Shown here piece by piece: positions 29,856 through 39,026 of a DNA stretch of 64,000 nt (the first letter of the stretch is position 1; every line of letters starts with the position of its first letter). A model generated the notes under the pieces. That model had not been told where the DNA came from. It searched no databases and saw only the letters and a program-made list of their open reading frames with translations. Both the position numbers and the translations under genes were made by a program. The stretch is from an uncultured Armatimonadetes bacterium (GTDB lineage: Bacteria; Armatimonadota; Hebobacteria; Hebobacterales; Hebobacteraceae), in assembly GCA_963716175.1 (NCBI GenBank), contig OY970296.1, positions 1,344,001-1,408,000 on the forward strand, read 5' to 3'.

Positions 29856-31124
29856 CTATGCTTCATCGCTTCCCTCCAAGTACCTCGCGCTGAACGCGGG
29901 GTTGAACTTCGCATCAAAGTAGTGCTTGCGCTTGATCCATATGAATCCATCGCCTTTGCTGATTACGGCCACATCAGTCGGGCCGCCTACTGTCTCTGCA
30001 TCCTGAGATGCCCTGCGTTTCAGGGCAGTCAGGTTAACCAAGGCCTCTGCCAAGAGGGCTAACTCCTCCTTTGGCATCGAGGCCACAACGCTCAGTAGCG
30101 GTGATATGAACATCTCCCTTCTGATTGTACCTAGCTTCTCTTCGAGTTTTTGCCTCAGCTCCTCGCCTATGGAGTGTGCAACGGCCGCTGCCTCAGGTTG
30201 GTTCGTATTCTGGAACTGATTCCCCTTCTCCTCAAAGAATGCACCCAGGAAGGACGCCAACACACCCCTGTATACCGGGTCCATTCCCTCAACGAACGTA
30301 GCCATTACGTCAGTCTGCGCGAAAGGCTCTATGTGGCCCAGCACCTCATCCGAGATGTCCACGCTTGCGCGCTGCCTCACCTTGTGCACCCCTAGCGCTG
30401 AGCAAGAGAACTCGAAGTTCCTCAGGCGGGGAAATACGTCTTTCGTCCCGAATCCCGTTATGGCAAAACCCGTCTCGCCGCCGAACTGCACATCATGGAG
30501 GAAATGGTCAAGGACTAGGTTTCTGACTCTCCCTTTCGTCTCGGCATTGATCGAAAACAATTCGCTAAGCCTCTCCAGGACAGGCCCCAACTCTGGGTTG
30601 ATCGCGTTGGCAATCGAATCCCTCACCTCGGGGAGAGCTACATCGGCGATGACTGGAGACCCGCTTACGCCCTGCTCGTATTCCGCCAGCACCTCCAGAA
30701 GCGCCGCCTGCGCCTCCGCTTCACTGGGATGCCCCCATGCAGATAGCTGCCGCAGCTTCTCAAAGGTCCCTTCGGTTAGTCTCCTTATGCATTCGCGTCC
30801 GAGAGTCACCAGGGACAGCCGCCGCGCCTCATCGCTAAAGACCGAATCATTAGTCCTCAGGAATTCCTCAAAACACTCTGCGTAGCCCTCAAGATGGTCG
30901 CACTTCTGCTGTTTGCGGATACGACGGAACTCCTTGATCGCCGTCTCGACAGGCACTCCCATCACTTCGGCAGAACTGTAAACCATGATACCGACTGGTT
31001 GGTGTTTGCTGAGAGCAAACAGTTTGTTGACAGTGTTGAATATCTTCAGACCGGCCGTCGTAACTGCGCTGTCAGCGGCGAGCGCCACCGCTTGCTTGGT
31101 GAGAACAGCGACCTCGGATGTCAC
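29856..31124 (-). CDS. IS cargo: putative Ntn-hydrolase (proteasome-beta/HslV-like) with a large insertion
   Basis: (M)TSEVAV..ALAADSAVT..NKLF N-terminus and ETVGGPTDVAVI C-terminus; low GC. Confidence 0.6.
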   Translation of the reverse strand: MTSEVAVLTKQAVALAADSAVTTAGLKIFNTVNKLFALSKHQPVGIMVYSSAEVMGVPVETAIKEFRRIRKQQKCDHLEGYAECFEEFLRTNDSVFSDEARRLSLVTLGRECIRRLTEGTFEKLRQLSAWGHPSEAEAQAALLEVLAEYEQGVSGSPVIADVALPEVRDSIANAINPELGPVLERLSELFSINAETKGRVRNLVLDHFLHDVQFGGETGFAITGFGTKDVFPRLRNFEFSCSALGVHKVRQRASVDISDEVLGHIEPFAQTDVMATFVEGMDPVYRGVLASFLGAFFEEKGNQFQNTNQPEAAAVAHSIGEELRQKLEEKLGTIRREMFISPLLSVVASMPKEELALLAEALVNLTALKRRASQDAETVGGPTDVAVISKGDGFIWIKRKHYFDAKFNPAFSARYLEGSDEA

Positions 31125-31369
31125 TTGTGCTTACTCCACCGCGCGATAGCGGCGAGCCTAGCAATCTCCGACCGTTCGTCGGCCGATAGCTTCTGCGCTC
31201 GTGCCTTCCCGCCTTTCAGCCCTCCGAGACGACCGAGGACAACTGCCGCGGGATTCTTGCCGCGCTTCCAGTCCTTCGGCGCTTCGCCCATCGCCTCCCT
31301 CACCACCCGGAACGCGATCTCATTCACATCCTCGGGGCCTTGCTTTCCCCTGCTTGACCGTTTAGGCAT
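31121..31369 (-). CDS. Small basic IS-associated protein
   Basis: KNPAAVVLGRLGGLKGGKARAQKLSADERSEIARLAAIARW; GTGA overlap with the cargo gene. Confidence 0.8.
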   Translation of the reverse strand: MPKRSSRGKQGPEDVNEIAFRVVREAMGEAPKDWKRGKNPAAVVLGRLGGLKGGKARAQKLSADERSEIARLAAIARWSKHK

Positions 31370-31626
31370 AGCTCAGGATACCACACGGCGCGCCGGAAGT
31401 CCAGTACTTGTCACAGGAACCTTCCAAGCATGTGCAAAAGCGATCTCGGCAGACGAAGCGAAAGCTTCGTCTGCCGAGATGCAATTTCCTTGTTTTTCCG
31501 CGAAGACCCTGTTCGATTTTCTAAGCATTGAGATTCCCACGCCCGACGACCATCCTCAAACTGACCCACTACCTCGAGGCCGGTCGTGGCGACAGACATG
31601 TCGCTCCTGGCGAGGGTGCGGCTTTC

Positions 31627-31655
31627 TTGACTTTTCCGGGGTAGGGGGCTAGAAT
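31627..31655 (+). promoter_or_regulatory. Promoter of the prsA-like gene
   Basis: TTGACT-17-TAGAAT. Confidence 0.65.
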
Positions 31656-31794
31656 CGCGATGTTCGTCTCGCACTGCTGAGAGGCGAGTCCGGCATTGCA
31701 CTGCAAGCCGGCGAGACGGCCTGTCCGCGACTGCGGGCGGGCCGTTCGCGCGAGCAGGGCCGCCCCTCTGGCGCGGCCCCCGGAAAGGATACGC

Positions 31795-32928
31795 GTGATC
31801 CACAAGCACGCCGTTAGGGTTCTGATCATCCTGGTTGCGCTGGTGCCAGTGTTGATGGCGGGCTGCGGCCGAGCCAAGAGCAGCAATATCATCGCCCGGG
31901 TGGACGGGCATGCGATCACCAAAGACCAGCTCTTCGACTCCATGGAGCAGGCCGACAACGGCGACGCCGGGCGGCGGGCCCTGGACGCGCTGATCGTCCG
32001 CCAGTTGCTGCGGCAAGAGGCGGAGAAGCGCGGCATCAAGGTGGACCAGAAGGAACTCGACTCCCGGATCGCAGGGCTGAAGGACTACGTGGTGGCCGGC
32101 ACCGGCAAAGACTGGAACACCTGGCTCCAGGACTCAGGGCAGACCGAGCAGGATATAGAGAGCCGGGTGCGGACGCAGATTCTGACCGCCAAGCTGGTGC
32201 TCACCCAGCAGGACCGCCAGCAGTATTTCGACGCTAACCAGGCCAAGCTGGAGGAGGTGCCGCACAACAACGAGTCGGTGATCTACCGCCAGATCGTGGT
32301 CGCCACCAAGCCGGAGGCGGAGGCGATCCGGAGCGAGCTGTTGAAGGCGGCGGGAGGGAAGCCGGTCACAGACGCGGAGTTCGCGAAGCTGGTGGAGCAG
32401 CGGTCCCTGGACCCGATGACCCGGTCTCGAGGAGGCATGCGAGGTTGGTGGGTCAAGGGGAAGGGGGATGGGCTGGAGAAGCCCACCCCAGAGATGGAGC
32501 AGGTGCTGTTCTCGCTGAAGCCGGGTCAGGTGAGTGAACCGGTGCCGATGAAGATGAGCATGCCGCCGTCGGCCGCGGGGCAGCAGCAGTCCGAGGGGCC
32601 GGAGCAGTGGCGGATTCTGATGGTGGATAAGCACTTCTCCCCCCATAAGATCACCTTGGCGGACAACGAGGACATCATCGAGGACTGGATGCTGAATGAT
32701 CCCAGGTTCCAGTTTCAGCTCCAGCAGTTCTTCGAGAACCTGCGCGCCAAGGCGAAGGTGGAGATCCTCGCTCCCCGCTATCGGTCGCTGGGCGAGGCCT
32801 ACCAGCGGCGCCGGGAGGCAAGGGAGCAAACGCCCGCGATGCCGAGGATGACGCCGCAGGGGCCGGCGGCTCCAGGGCAGCAGAGGCCTCCGGCCGGGCC
32901 GGGAAGAGCCCCGGCGGGAAGAAGATAG
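31795..32928 (+). CDS. prsA: PrsA/SurA-like foldase lipoprotein (parvulin-like)
   Basis: LMAGC lipobox, IARVDGHAIT, FAKLVEQRSLD..GG, LKPGQVSEPV. Confidence 0.75.
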   Translation: MIHKHAVRVLIILVALVPVLMAGCGRAKSSNIIARVDGHAITKDQLFDSMEQADNGDAGRRALDALIVRQLLRQEAEKRGIKVDQKELDSRIAGLKDYVVAGTGKDWNTWLQDSGQTEQDIESRVRTQILTAKLVLTQQDRQQYFDANQAKLEEVPHNNESVIYRQIVVATKPEAEAIRSELLKAAGGKPVTDAEFAKLVEQRSLDPMTRSRGGMRGWWVKGKGDGLEKPTPEMEQVLFSLKPGQVSEPVPMKMSMPPSAAGQQQSEGPEQWRILMVDKHFSPHKITLADNEDIIEDWMLNDPRFQFQLQQFFENLRAKAKVEILAPRYRSLGEAYQRRREAREQTPAMPRMTPQGPAAPGQQRPPAGPGRAPAGRR

Positions 32929-33005
32929 GCCGGAGCGCAGAGGAAGAGGGAGCTGGCAACGGCGGGGCCGGACTGTGGCGGCCCCGCCTCGCTGGATAGT
33001 GTCCC

Positions 33006-33698
33006 ATGACGGACCCGACGACAACCGGAAAGAGGGCTCTGTTCGCCGATCTGGTGGAGATCATGGCCCTGCTGCGCAGCCCGCGGGGATGCCCATGGGA
33101 TCGCGAGCAGGACCATCGCAGCCTCCGGCGCTGCCTGCTGGAGGAGGCCTACGAGGTGCTGGAGGCGGTGGACCGGGACGACCCGGAGGCGCTCTGCCAG
33201 GAGCTGGGCGACCTGTTGCTGCAGGTGGTCTTCCACGCCCAACTGGCCGCCGAGGCCGGGCAGTTCGACATCGGCGACGTGATCCAGGGCCTGCACGATA
33301 AGCTGGTGGAGCGGCATCCTCACGTCTTTGGCGACAAGACCATCGAGACCGCGGAGGGCGTGATCGAGGAGTGGGAGAGCCTGAAGCGGCAACAGCGCCA
33401 GCAGAGCCCCGCCGAGCAGATGGCGGACGTGCCCCGTGCGCTGCCGGCCCTGGCGCGGGCTCAGATGGTGTTGCGGCGGGCGGCGCGGGCCGGCGCAGGT
33501 CAGACGACAGAGCAGGCACGGGCGAGACTGGAGCAGGCGGCGAAGGCGCTTCAGGTGGGCCACCAGCCGCAGGAGAGCCTGGGCGAGCTGTTGCTGGCGG
33601 CCGTGGACCTGGCGCGGCTCTCGGGGGTAGAGGCGGAGCAGGCGCTGCGGGAGAGGGTGGATAGGTTGGCGGAGGAGTTCGGGGGGAAGACCAGATAG
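33006..33698 (+). CDS. mazG: MazG nucleoside triphosphate pyrophosphohydrolase (short form)
   Basis: GCPWDREQ, EEAYE, ELGDLLLQV, RHPHVF. Confidence 0.88.
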   Translation: MTDPTTTGKRALFADLVEIMALLRSPRGCPWDREQDHRSLRRCLLEEAYEVLEAVDRDDPEALCQELGDLLLQVVFHAQLAAEAGQFDIGDVIQGLHDKLVERHPHVFGDKTIETAEGVIEEWESLKRQQRQQSPAEQMADVPRALPALARAQMVLRRAARAGAGQTTEQARARLEQAAKALQVGHQPQESLGELLLAAVDLARLSGVEAEQALRERVDRLAEEFGGKTR

Positions 33699-33788
33699 AA
33701 CGGCGGGCATGCCCTTCGACTTCGCTCAGGGCAGACGCCGACGTGCCCGCCCTGCAGATGGATGAATACCGAAAGGAGTGGTTTGAAA

Positions 33789-36470
33789 GTGGCGAAGCAA
33801 GTTTACCTCTTCCATGAAGGCAACAAGGACATGAAGGATCTGCTGGGGGGCAAGGGCGCCAACCTGGCAGAGATGAGCAACCTGGGCCTGCCCGTGCCGC
33901 CGGGGTTCATCATCACCACGGAGGCCTGCAACGAGTACCTCCGGCTGGGCCGGCTCCCCGAGGGAGTGATGGAGGCGGCGGCGGAGGCGCTGAAGCAGGT
34001 GGAGCGGGACATCGCCAAGGGCTTCGGCGATCCCGCTAATCCCCTGCTCGTGTCGGTGCGATCGGGCGCGAAGATGTCCATGCCCGGGATGATGGAGACC
34101 ATCCTCAACCTGGGGCTGAATGATGAAACGCTCGCCGGGCTGATCAAGCTCACTGGCAACGAACGGTTCGCCTGGGATTCCTATCGGCGGTTCATCATGA
34201 TGTTCTCGTCGGTGGCCCTGCACCTGCCGCGGGCCAACTTCGAGAAGATGATGGACGCGATGAAAAAGAAGCGGGGTGTGAAGCTGGACACGGAGTTGAC
34301 CGCAGAAGACCTGAAGGCCCTGGCGGCGCAGTTCAAGGCCTTCTTCAAGAAGCAGATGAAGCGCGACTTCCCCTCCGACCCGATGGAGCAGCTTCAGACC
34401 GCGATCATCGCGGTCTTCAACTCCTGGAATATCCCACGGGCCATCTCCTACCGCAACTTCTACCGGATCCCGCACGACCTCGGTACTGCGGTGAACGTGC
34501 AGACCATGGTGTTCGGGAACATGGGCGATGACTCCGGGACCGGGGTGGCCTTCACCCGCGACGTGGCCACCGGCGAGAAGGTGGTCTACGGGGAGTTCCT
34601 GATGAATGCGCAGGGCGAGGACGTGGTGGCCGGGGTGCGCACCCCGATCAAGATCGCGGAGCTGGAGCGAGAGAATGCCTCCATCTATCGCGAGTTCGTG
34701 GGCCTGGCGACCAGGATCGAGCAGCACTACCGGGACGCCATGGATATCGAGTTCACCATCGAGCGGGGCAAGCTGTATATCCTCCAATGCCGGGTGGGGA
34801 AGCGCACCGCTCGCGCCGCCGTGCGCATCGCGGTGGAGATGGTGGGCGAGGGCCTGATCAGCAAGGACGAGGCGATCATGCGGGTGGAGCCGGCCCAGAT
34901 CAACCAGCTCCTGCTGCCGGACTTCGACCCCAGGGAGAAAGAGAAGGCGATCAAGGAGGGCCGGCTGCTGGCCAAGGGCCTGAATGCCTCCCCCGGGGCG
35001 GCCTCGGGCGCCGCCATCTTCACCGCGGACCGGGCGGACGAGCTGGGCTCCAAGGGCCAGGCGGTGGTGCTGGTGCGGCCGGAGACCACGCCGGACGACG
35101 TGCACGGGATGCTGGCTTCCAGGGGCATTCTCACCGCGCGGGGCGGCGCTACCAGCCATGCCGCGGTGGTGGCGCGGGGGCTGGGGCTGCCCTGCGTGGC
35201 GGGATGCGAGGCCATCCGGGTGGATGAAGCCAAGCGCATGTTCAGCGCGGATGGCAAGGTGCTCAAAGAGAACGACGCGATCTCCATTGATGGCACCACC
35301 GGCGAAGTCTTCGCGGGCCTGATCCCGACCACGGAGCCGGACCTGGACAAGGAGAAGGAGCTGCAGGCCTTACTGTCCTGGGCGGATGCGGTCCGGCGGC
35401 TGGAGGTGTGGGCAAACGCTGACTACCCACGGGACGCCAAGCGCGCCCGGGACTTCGGCGCCCAGGGCATCGGGCTCTGCCGTACCGAGCACATGTTCAT
35501 GGAGACGGAGCGCCTGCCGATCGTGCAGCGCATGATCCTGGCCGCTACCTCGCAGGAGCGAAAGCTGGCCTTGCGGGAGCTGCTTCCCTTCCAGCGCAAG
35601 GACTTCATCGGCATCCTGCGAGCGATGGACGGGCTGCCCGTGGTGATCCGGCTGATTGACCCGCCGCTGCACGAGTTTCTGCCCTCCTATGAGGAGCTGC
35701 TGGTGGAGGTGACGCGGCTGGAGACCAAGTCGCCGCGGTCGCCCAAGCTGAAGGGGCTGCGCCAGATGCTGGCGGCGGTGGAGAGCATGCGGGAGATGAA
35801 CCCGATGCTGGGGCTGCGCGGGTGCCGGCTCAGCATCGTCATGCCCGAGATCGTGGAGATGCAGACCCGGGCGATCATGGAGGCGGCCTGCCAGTGCGCC
35901 AAGCAGGGAGTTGATGTGCACGTCAAGATCATGATCCCACTGGTCAGCCACATCAATGAGCTGAAGTGGATTCACGAGCGGCTGGAGCCGGTGGCGAAAG
36001 AAGTGATGACGAAGAAGGGGGTGGAGATTGACTACAAGTTCGGCACCATGATCGAGATCCCGCGGGCGGCGCTGACCGCGGATGAGATCGCGCAGGTGGC
36101 CGAGTTCTTCTCCTTCGGCACCAATGACCTGACGCAGACCTGCTTCGGGTTCTCCCGGGACGACGCCGAGGGCAAGTTTCTGCTGAGATACGTGGAGGAC
36201 GGGATTCTTCCAGAGAACCCCTTCCAGACTCTGGATTCGGCTGGCGTGGGCAAGCTGATGCGGACCGCGGTGGAGTTGGGCCGCCAGACCCGGCCCGATA
36301 TCGAGCTGGGCATCTGCGGCGAGCACGGCGGGGACCCCAAGTCAGTGGAGTTCTGCCATCGCGTCGGGCTCGATTACGTGAGCTGCTCCCCCTTCCGGGT
36401 GCCCATCGCCCGCCTGGCGGCAGCGCAAGCGGTGGTGCAGGATAGGGTGGGGGTGAGCGACTCGCGGTAA
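33789..36470 (+). CDS. ppdK: Pyruvate, phosphate dikinase
   Basis: LLGGKGANL, VSVRSGA, GGATSHAAVVARG, SFGTNDLTQ, CGEHGG. Confidence 0.97.
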   Translation: MAKQVYLFHEGNKDMKDLLGGKGANLAEMSNLGLPVPPGFIITTEACNEYLRLGRLPEGVMEAAAEALKQVERDIAKGFGDPANPLLVSVRSGAKMSMPGMMETILNLGLNDETLAGLIKLTGNERFAWDSYRRFIMMFSSVALHLPRANFEKMMDAMKKKRGVKLDTELTAEDLKALAAQFKAFFKKQMKRDFPSDPMEQLQTAIIAVFNSWNIPRAISYRNFYRIPHDLGTAVNVQTMVFGNMGDDSGTGVAFTRDVATGEKVVYGEFLMNAQGEDVVAGVRTPIKIAELERENASIYREFVGLATRIEQHYRDAMDIEFTIERGKLYILQCRVGKRTARAAVRIAVEMVGEGLISKDEAIMRVEPAQINQLLLPDFDPREKEKAIKEGRLLAKGLNASPGAASGAAIFTADRADELGSKGQAVVLVRPETTPDDVHGMLASRGILTARGGATSHAAVVARGLGLPCVAGCEAIRVDEAKRMFSADGKVLKENDAISIDGTTGEVFAGLIPTTEPDLDKEKELQALLSWADAVRRLEVWANADYPRDAKRARDFGAQGIGLCRTEHMFMETERLPIVQRMILAATSQERKLALRELLPFQRKDFIGILRAMDGLPVVIRLIDPPLHEFLPSYEELLVEVTRLETKSPRSPKLKGLRQMLAAVESMREMNPMLGLRGCRLSIVMPEIVEMQTRAIMEAACQCAKQGVDVHVKIMIPLVSHINELKWIHERLEPVAKEVMTKKGVEIDYKFGTMIEIPRAALTADEIAQVAEFFSFGTNDLTQTCFGFSRDDAEGKFLLRYVEDGILPENPFQTLDSAGVGKLMRTAVELGRQTRPDIELGICGEHGGDPKSVEFCHRVGLDYVSCSPFRVPIARLAAAQAVVQDRVGVSDSR

Positions 36471-36532
36471 CCGCAACGGCCAGGTCCGCAGATTACGCAG
36501 ACTTGTCCGCCTCAGGCGGATGGCGCAGAGAG

Positions 36533-36564
36533 GCGGGCCGGGCGAAAGCCCGGCCCGCCATTCA
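36533..36564 (+). terminator. Hairpin downstream of ppdK
   Basis: ggcgggccgggc-gaaa-gcccggcccgcc. Confidence 0.6.
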
Positions 36565-36823
36565 TGTGGCGGGACTCCCAAAGACGGTGGCAAGGGGCAT
36601 CTCAAACCACATGCGGGATTATGGAATGAGGCTGGTACATCGTCTCCTTTTCGGATGAGAAGCGGGGAGGAAGCGGCCTCCTGTCGCCAGGCTGCTCTCC
36701 TCGCTTCTCCGCGTCAGCACCAGGAGGACCCCGGCCCACGAGCGAAGCTAGCTCCGACCGCGCGGGCTTCGACTCGGCCACCCGATTCCGGCGCGGTTGG
36801 TGCCGCGGAAAGGGGTCTCAACG

Positions 36824-38911
36824 ATGAGCGCTTCGCGATATGCTCTCTTCGGCCTGTGCTTCTCCACCGCCATCTGCTCTGCCTGGGCCTCGACGCCGGC
36901 GCGGCCCCACGACTACCAGGTGATCATGTGGGTTCTGGGCGAGGTGTCCGGGAAGGAGGATCTGTTCTTCCAGCGCCTGCGCGATCTGCATGTGACTGCG
37001 GTTCAGATCTCGAACGGGGACTCGCCGGAGGTGGCGCGGAAGCACGGCCTCGATTTCTACGTGGAAAACATCCACCGCATCGGGTTTCTGCACGAGGCGC
37101 ACCAGGTCTACCAGGCCGACTGGGATGGCTACACCAAGACCCACGATAAGGCGTTCCTCATCCGCAAGCCTTGCCTCCACGACCCCACCTACCTGGCGAG
37201 GGCGAAGGACATCTTTGAGAACGCGGCGCGGCAGTACGTGGGACTGAAACCCCTGCTCTATGACATCGGGGACGAGTGCTCGATCACCAGCTTCGCCAGC
37301 CCCATGGACTACTGCTTCTCGGAGTTCACGCTGGCACGTTTCCGCGACTGGCTGAGGCAGCAGTATGGCAGCCTGGAGCGCCTGAACGGGGAGTGGGACA
37401 CGACGTTCGCGCGCTGGGAGGAGGTGGTGCCAATGACCACCTATGAGATCAAGGACCGGGAGCAGAGCGGCAGTGAGAACTACTCACCCTGGGCCGACCA
37501 CCGCACTTTCATGGACATCACCTTCGCGGAGAGCCTGGGTCAGTTCCGGCGCTGGCTGCACGAGACTGACCCTCGCACACCAGCCGGGCTGGAGGGCACG
37601 CAGATGCCGGCCGCCTTCGGCGGCTACGACCTGTGGCGGCTCTCACAGGTGCTGGATTGGGTCGAGCCCTACGATATCGGCGGCTCCCACGCCATCTTCC
37701 GCTCCTTCCTGCCCCCGGGCACTCCCACCTTCGCCACCATCTTCGAGCACGACGCCAATGCGGCGAGCCGGCGGCTCTGGCACCTGCTGCTGAATGGCGA
37801 CCGGGGCGCGATCATCTGGTGCAGCAGCGATTGGTTCGACTACGAATCAGCGGAGCTGAAGCCGCAGCCCTGGGTGGCGGGGATGGCCGAGCTGTTCGCG
37901 GAGCTCCGCGGCCCGGCGGCGCGGGCCATCATGCAGGCGAAGCGCGAGCGGCCGCCGATCGCGATCCACTACTCCCAGCCCTCGATTCAGGCGGCCTGGA
38001 TGATTGACTCCCGCGAGGACGGAGACACCTGGCCCCGGCGCTTTTCCTCCTACGAGGCCGTGCACTCCGGCATCGCGCGCGTGCGCACCAGTTGGATGAA
38101 GCTGATCGAGGACCTGGGGCTGCAGTACGACTTCGTGTCCTCGCAGGAGATCGCCGAGGGCAAGCTGGGCGCGCTCGGCTACAAGGTGCTGGTGCTGCCA
38201 GAATCGCTGGCCATCGGCGAGCAGGAGGCGAAGCAGATCGAGGCCTTCGCCCGGGGCGGCGGCACGGTGATCGCGGACTTCCTGCCAGGGGTGTTCGACG
38301 AGCACTGCAAGCGGCGGGAGGCGGGAGCGCTCGACGATCTCTTCGGCGTGTCACGCGGGGCCGCAATCGGGATGATCGTGCAGCCGGAGCGGAGCCTACA
38401 GGAGGGCTCGGGCCTGCCAGATATGGCTGAGCCGCGGTTGCTCAGGCCGGAAGGCGGCCCAGCCTTGATGGTAGAGAGGGAAGTGGGCAAGGGGAAGGCC
38501 TGCTATCTCAACATCTCCCCCATAGACTATGCGAAACTGCGACTCGTGGGGCAGGGACAGCTCTTCCTCCGGTTCGTCGGCGAGATTCTGACGAAAGCTG
38601 GCGCGCGCCCCGTGGTCAGAGTTAGCGCGGCCGATGGCGGCGGGCCGCCGGTGGGGTGTGAGGTGATCAGCTACCAGGGGGAAGGGTGCCGCTATGTCGC
38701 CATCATGCGCAACCCCGAGTACGGGGTCAGCGACTTGGGCGAGATCGGGTTTACCGACAACTCGCGCTTCGAGCAGCCGGAGCGATTAGCAGTCGAGTTC
38801 GAGCGGCCTGGGAACGTGAAGGAGCTGCTGTCGGGCAAGGATTTCGGGGAGACCGCGCGGGTGGAGGTAACGCTGGCGCCGTGGAAGCCGGTGGTGCTGG
38901 AGGTGAGGTGA
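36824..38911 (+). CDS. Secreted GH42/beta-galactosidase-like protein with trimerisation-type domain
   Basis: FRDWLRQQYGSLERLNGEW, GDE, DLGLQYDFV, YKVLVLP, GGTVIAD. Confidence 0.7.
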   Translation: MSASRYALFGLCFSTAICSAWASTPARPHDYQVIMWVLGEVSGKEDLFFQRLRDLHVTAVQISNGDSPEVARKHGLDFYVENIHRIGFLHEAHQVYQADWDGYTKTHDKAFLIRKPCLHDPTYLARAKDIFENAARQYVGLKPLLYDIGDECSITSFASPMDYCFSEFTLARFRDWLRQQYGSLERLNGEWDTTFARWEEVVPMTTYEIKDREQSGSENYSPWADHRTFMDITFAESLGQFRRWLHETDPRTPAGLEGTQMPAAFGGYDLWRLSQVLDWVEPYDIGGSHAIFRSFLPPGTPTFATIFEHDANAASRRLWHLLLNGDRGAIIWCSSDWFDYESAELKPQPWVAGMAELFAELRGPAARAIMQAKRERPPIAIHYSQPSIQAAWMIDSREDGDTWPRRFSSYEAVHSGIARVRTSWMKLIEDLGLQYDFVSSQEIAEGKLGALGYKVLVLPESLAIGEQEAKQIEAFARGGGTVIADFLPGVFDEHCKRREAGALDDLFGVSRGAAIGMIVQPERSLQEGSGLPDMAEPRLLRPEGGPALMVEREVGKGKACYLNISPIDYAKLRLVGQGQLFLRFVGEILTKAGARPVVRVSAADGGGPPVGCEVISYQGEGCRYVAIMRNPEYGVSDLGEIGFTDNSRFEQPERLAVEFERPGNVKELLSGKDFGETARVEVTLAPWKPVVLEVR

Positions 38912-38919
38912 GGGGCGCG

Positions 38920-39015
38920 GGGCAGGTCGCGGACCAAGGGCAGGTCGCGGACCAAGGGCAGGTCGCGGACCAAGGGCAGGTCGCGGACCAAGGGCAGGTC
39001 GCGGACCTGCCCTAC
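38920..39015. repeat. Four 18-bp truncated REP units followed by one full REP
   Basis: (gggcaggtcgcggaccaa)x4 + gggcaggtcgcggacctgccctac. Confidence 0.95.
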
Positions 39016-39026
39016 TGGAGGGGAAA

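Larger units (their letters stand above)
28792..31573. mobile_element. IS1-family element with passenger genes (2,782 bp)
   Basis: 19-bp IRs GGTCGTGGGTCAGTTTCAG and GGTAGTGGGTCAGTTTGAG (17/19); TSD TCGAGGCC at 28784-28791 and 31574-31581. Confidence 0.9.

Noticed and set aside
31530-31576. Peptide EVVGQFEDGRRAWE resembling the GNAT C-terminus RVVGQFEDSRGPWE
   Set aside because: It is a translation of the IS inverted repeat and the DNA similarity is weak; treated as coincidence
31660-31720. Hammerhead ribozyme or TPP riboswitch
   Set aside because: CTGCTGA(GA) only resembles the cores; the GAAA element and the other TPP motifs are absent
38920-39015. CRISPR array
   Set aside because: The 18-bp units are contiguous with no spacers, there are no cas genes, and the unit is a truncated REP
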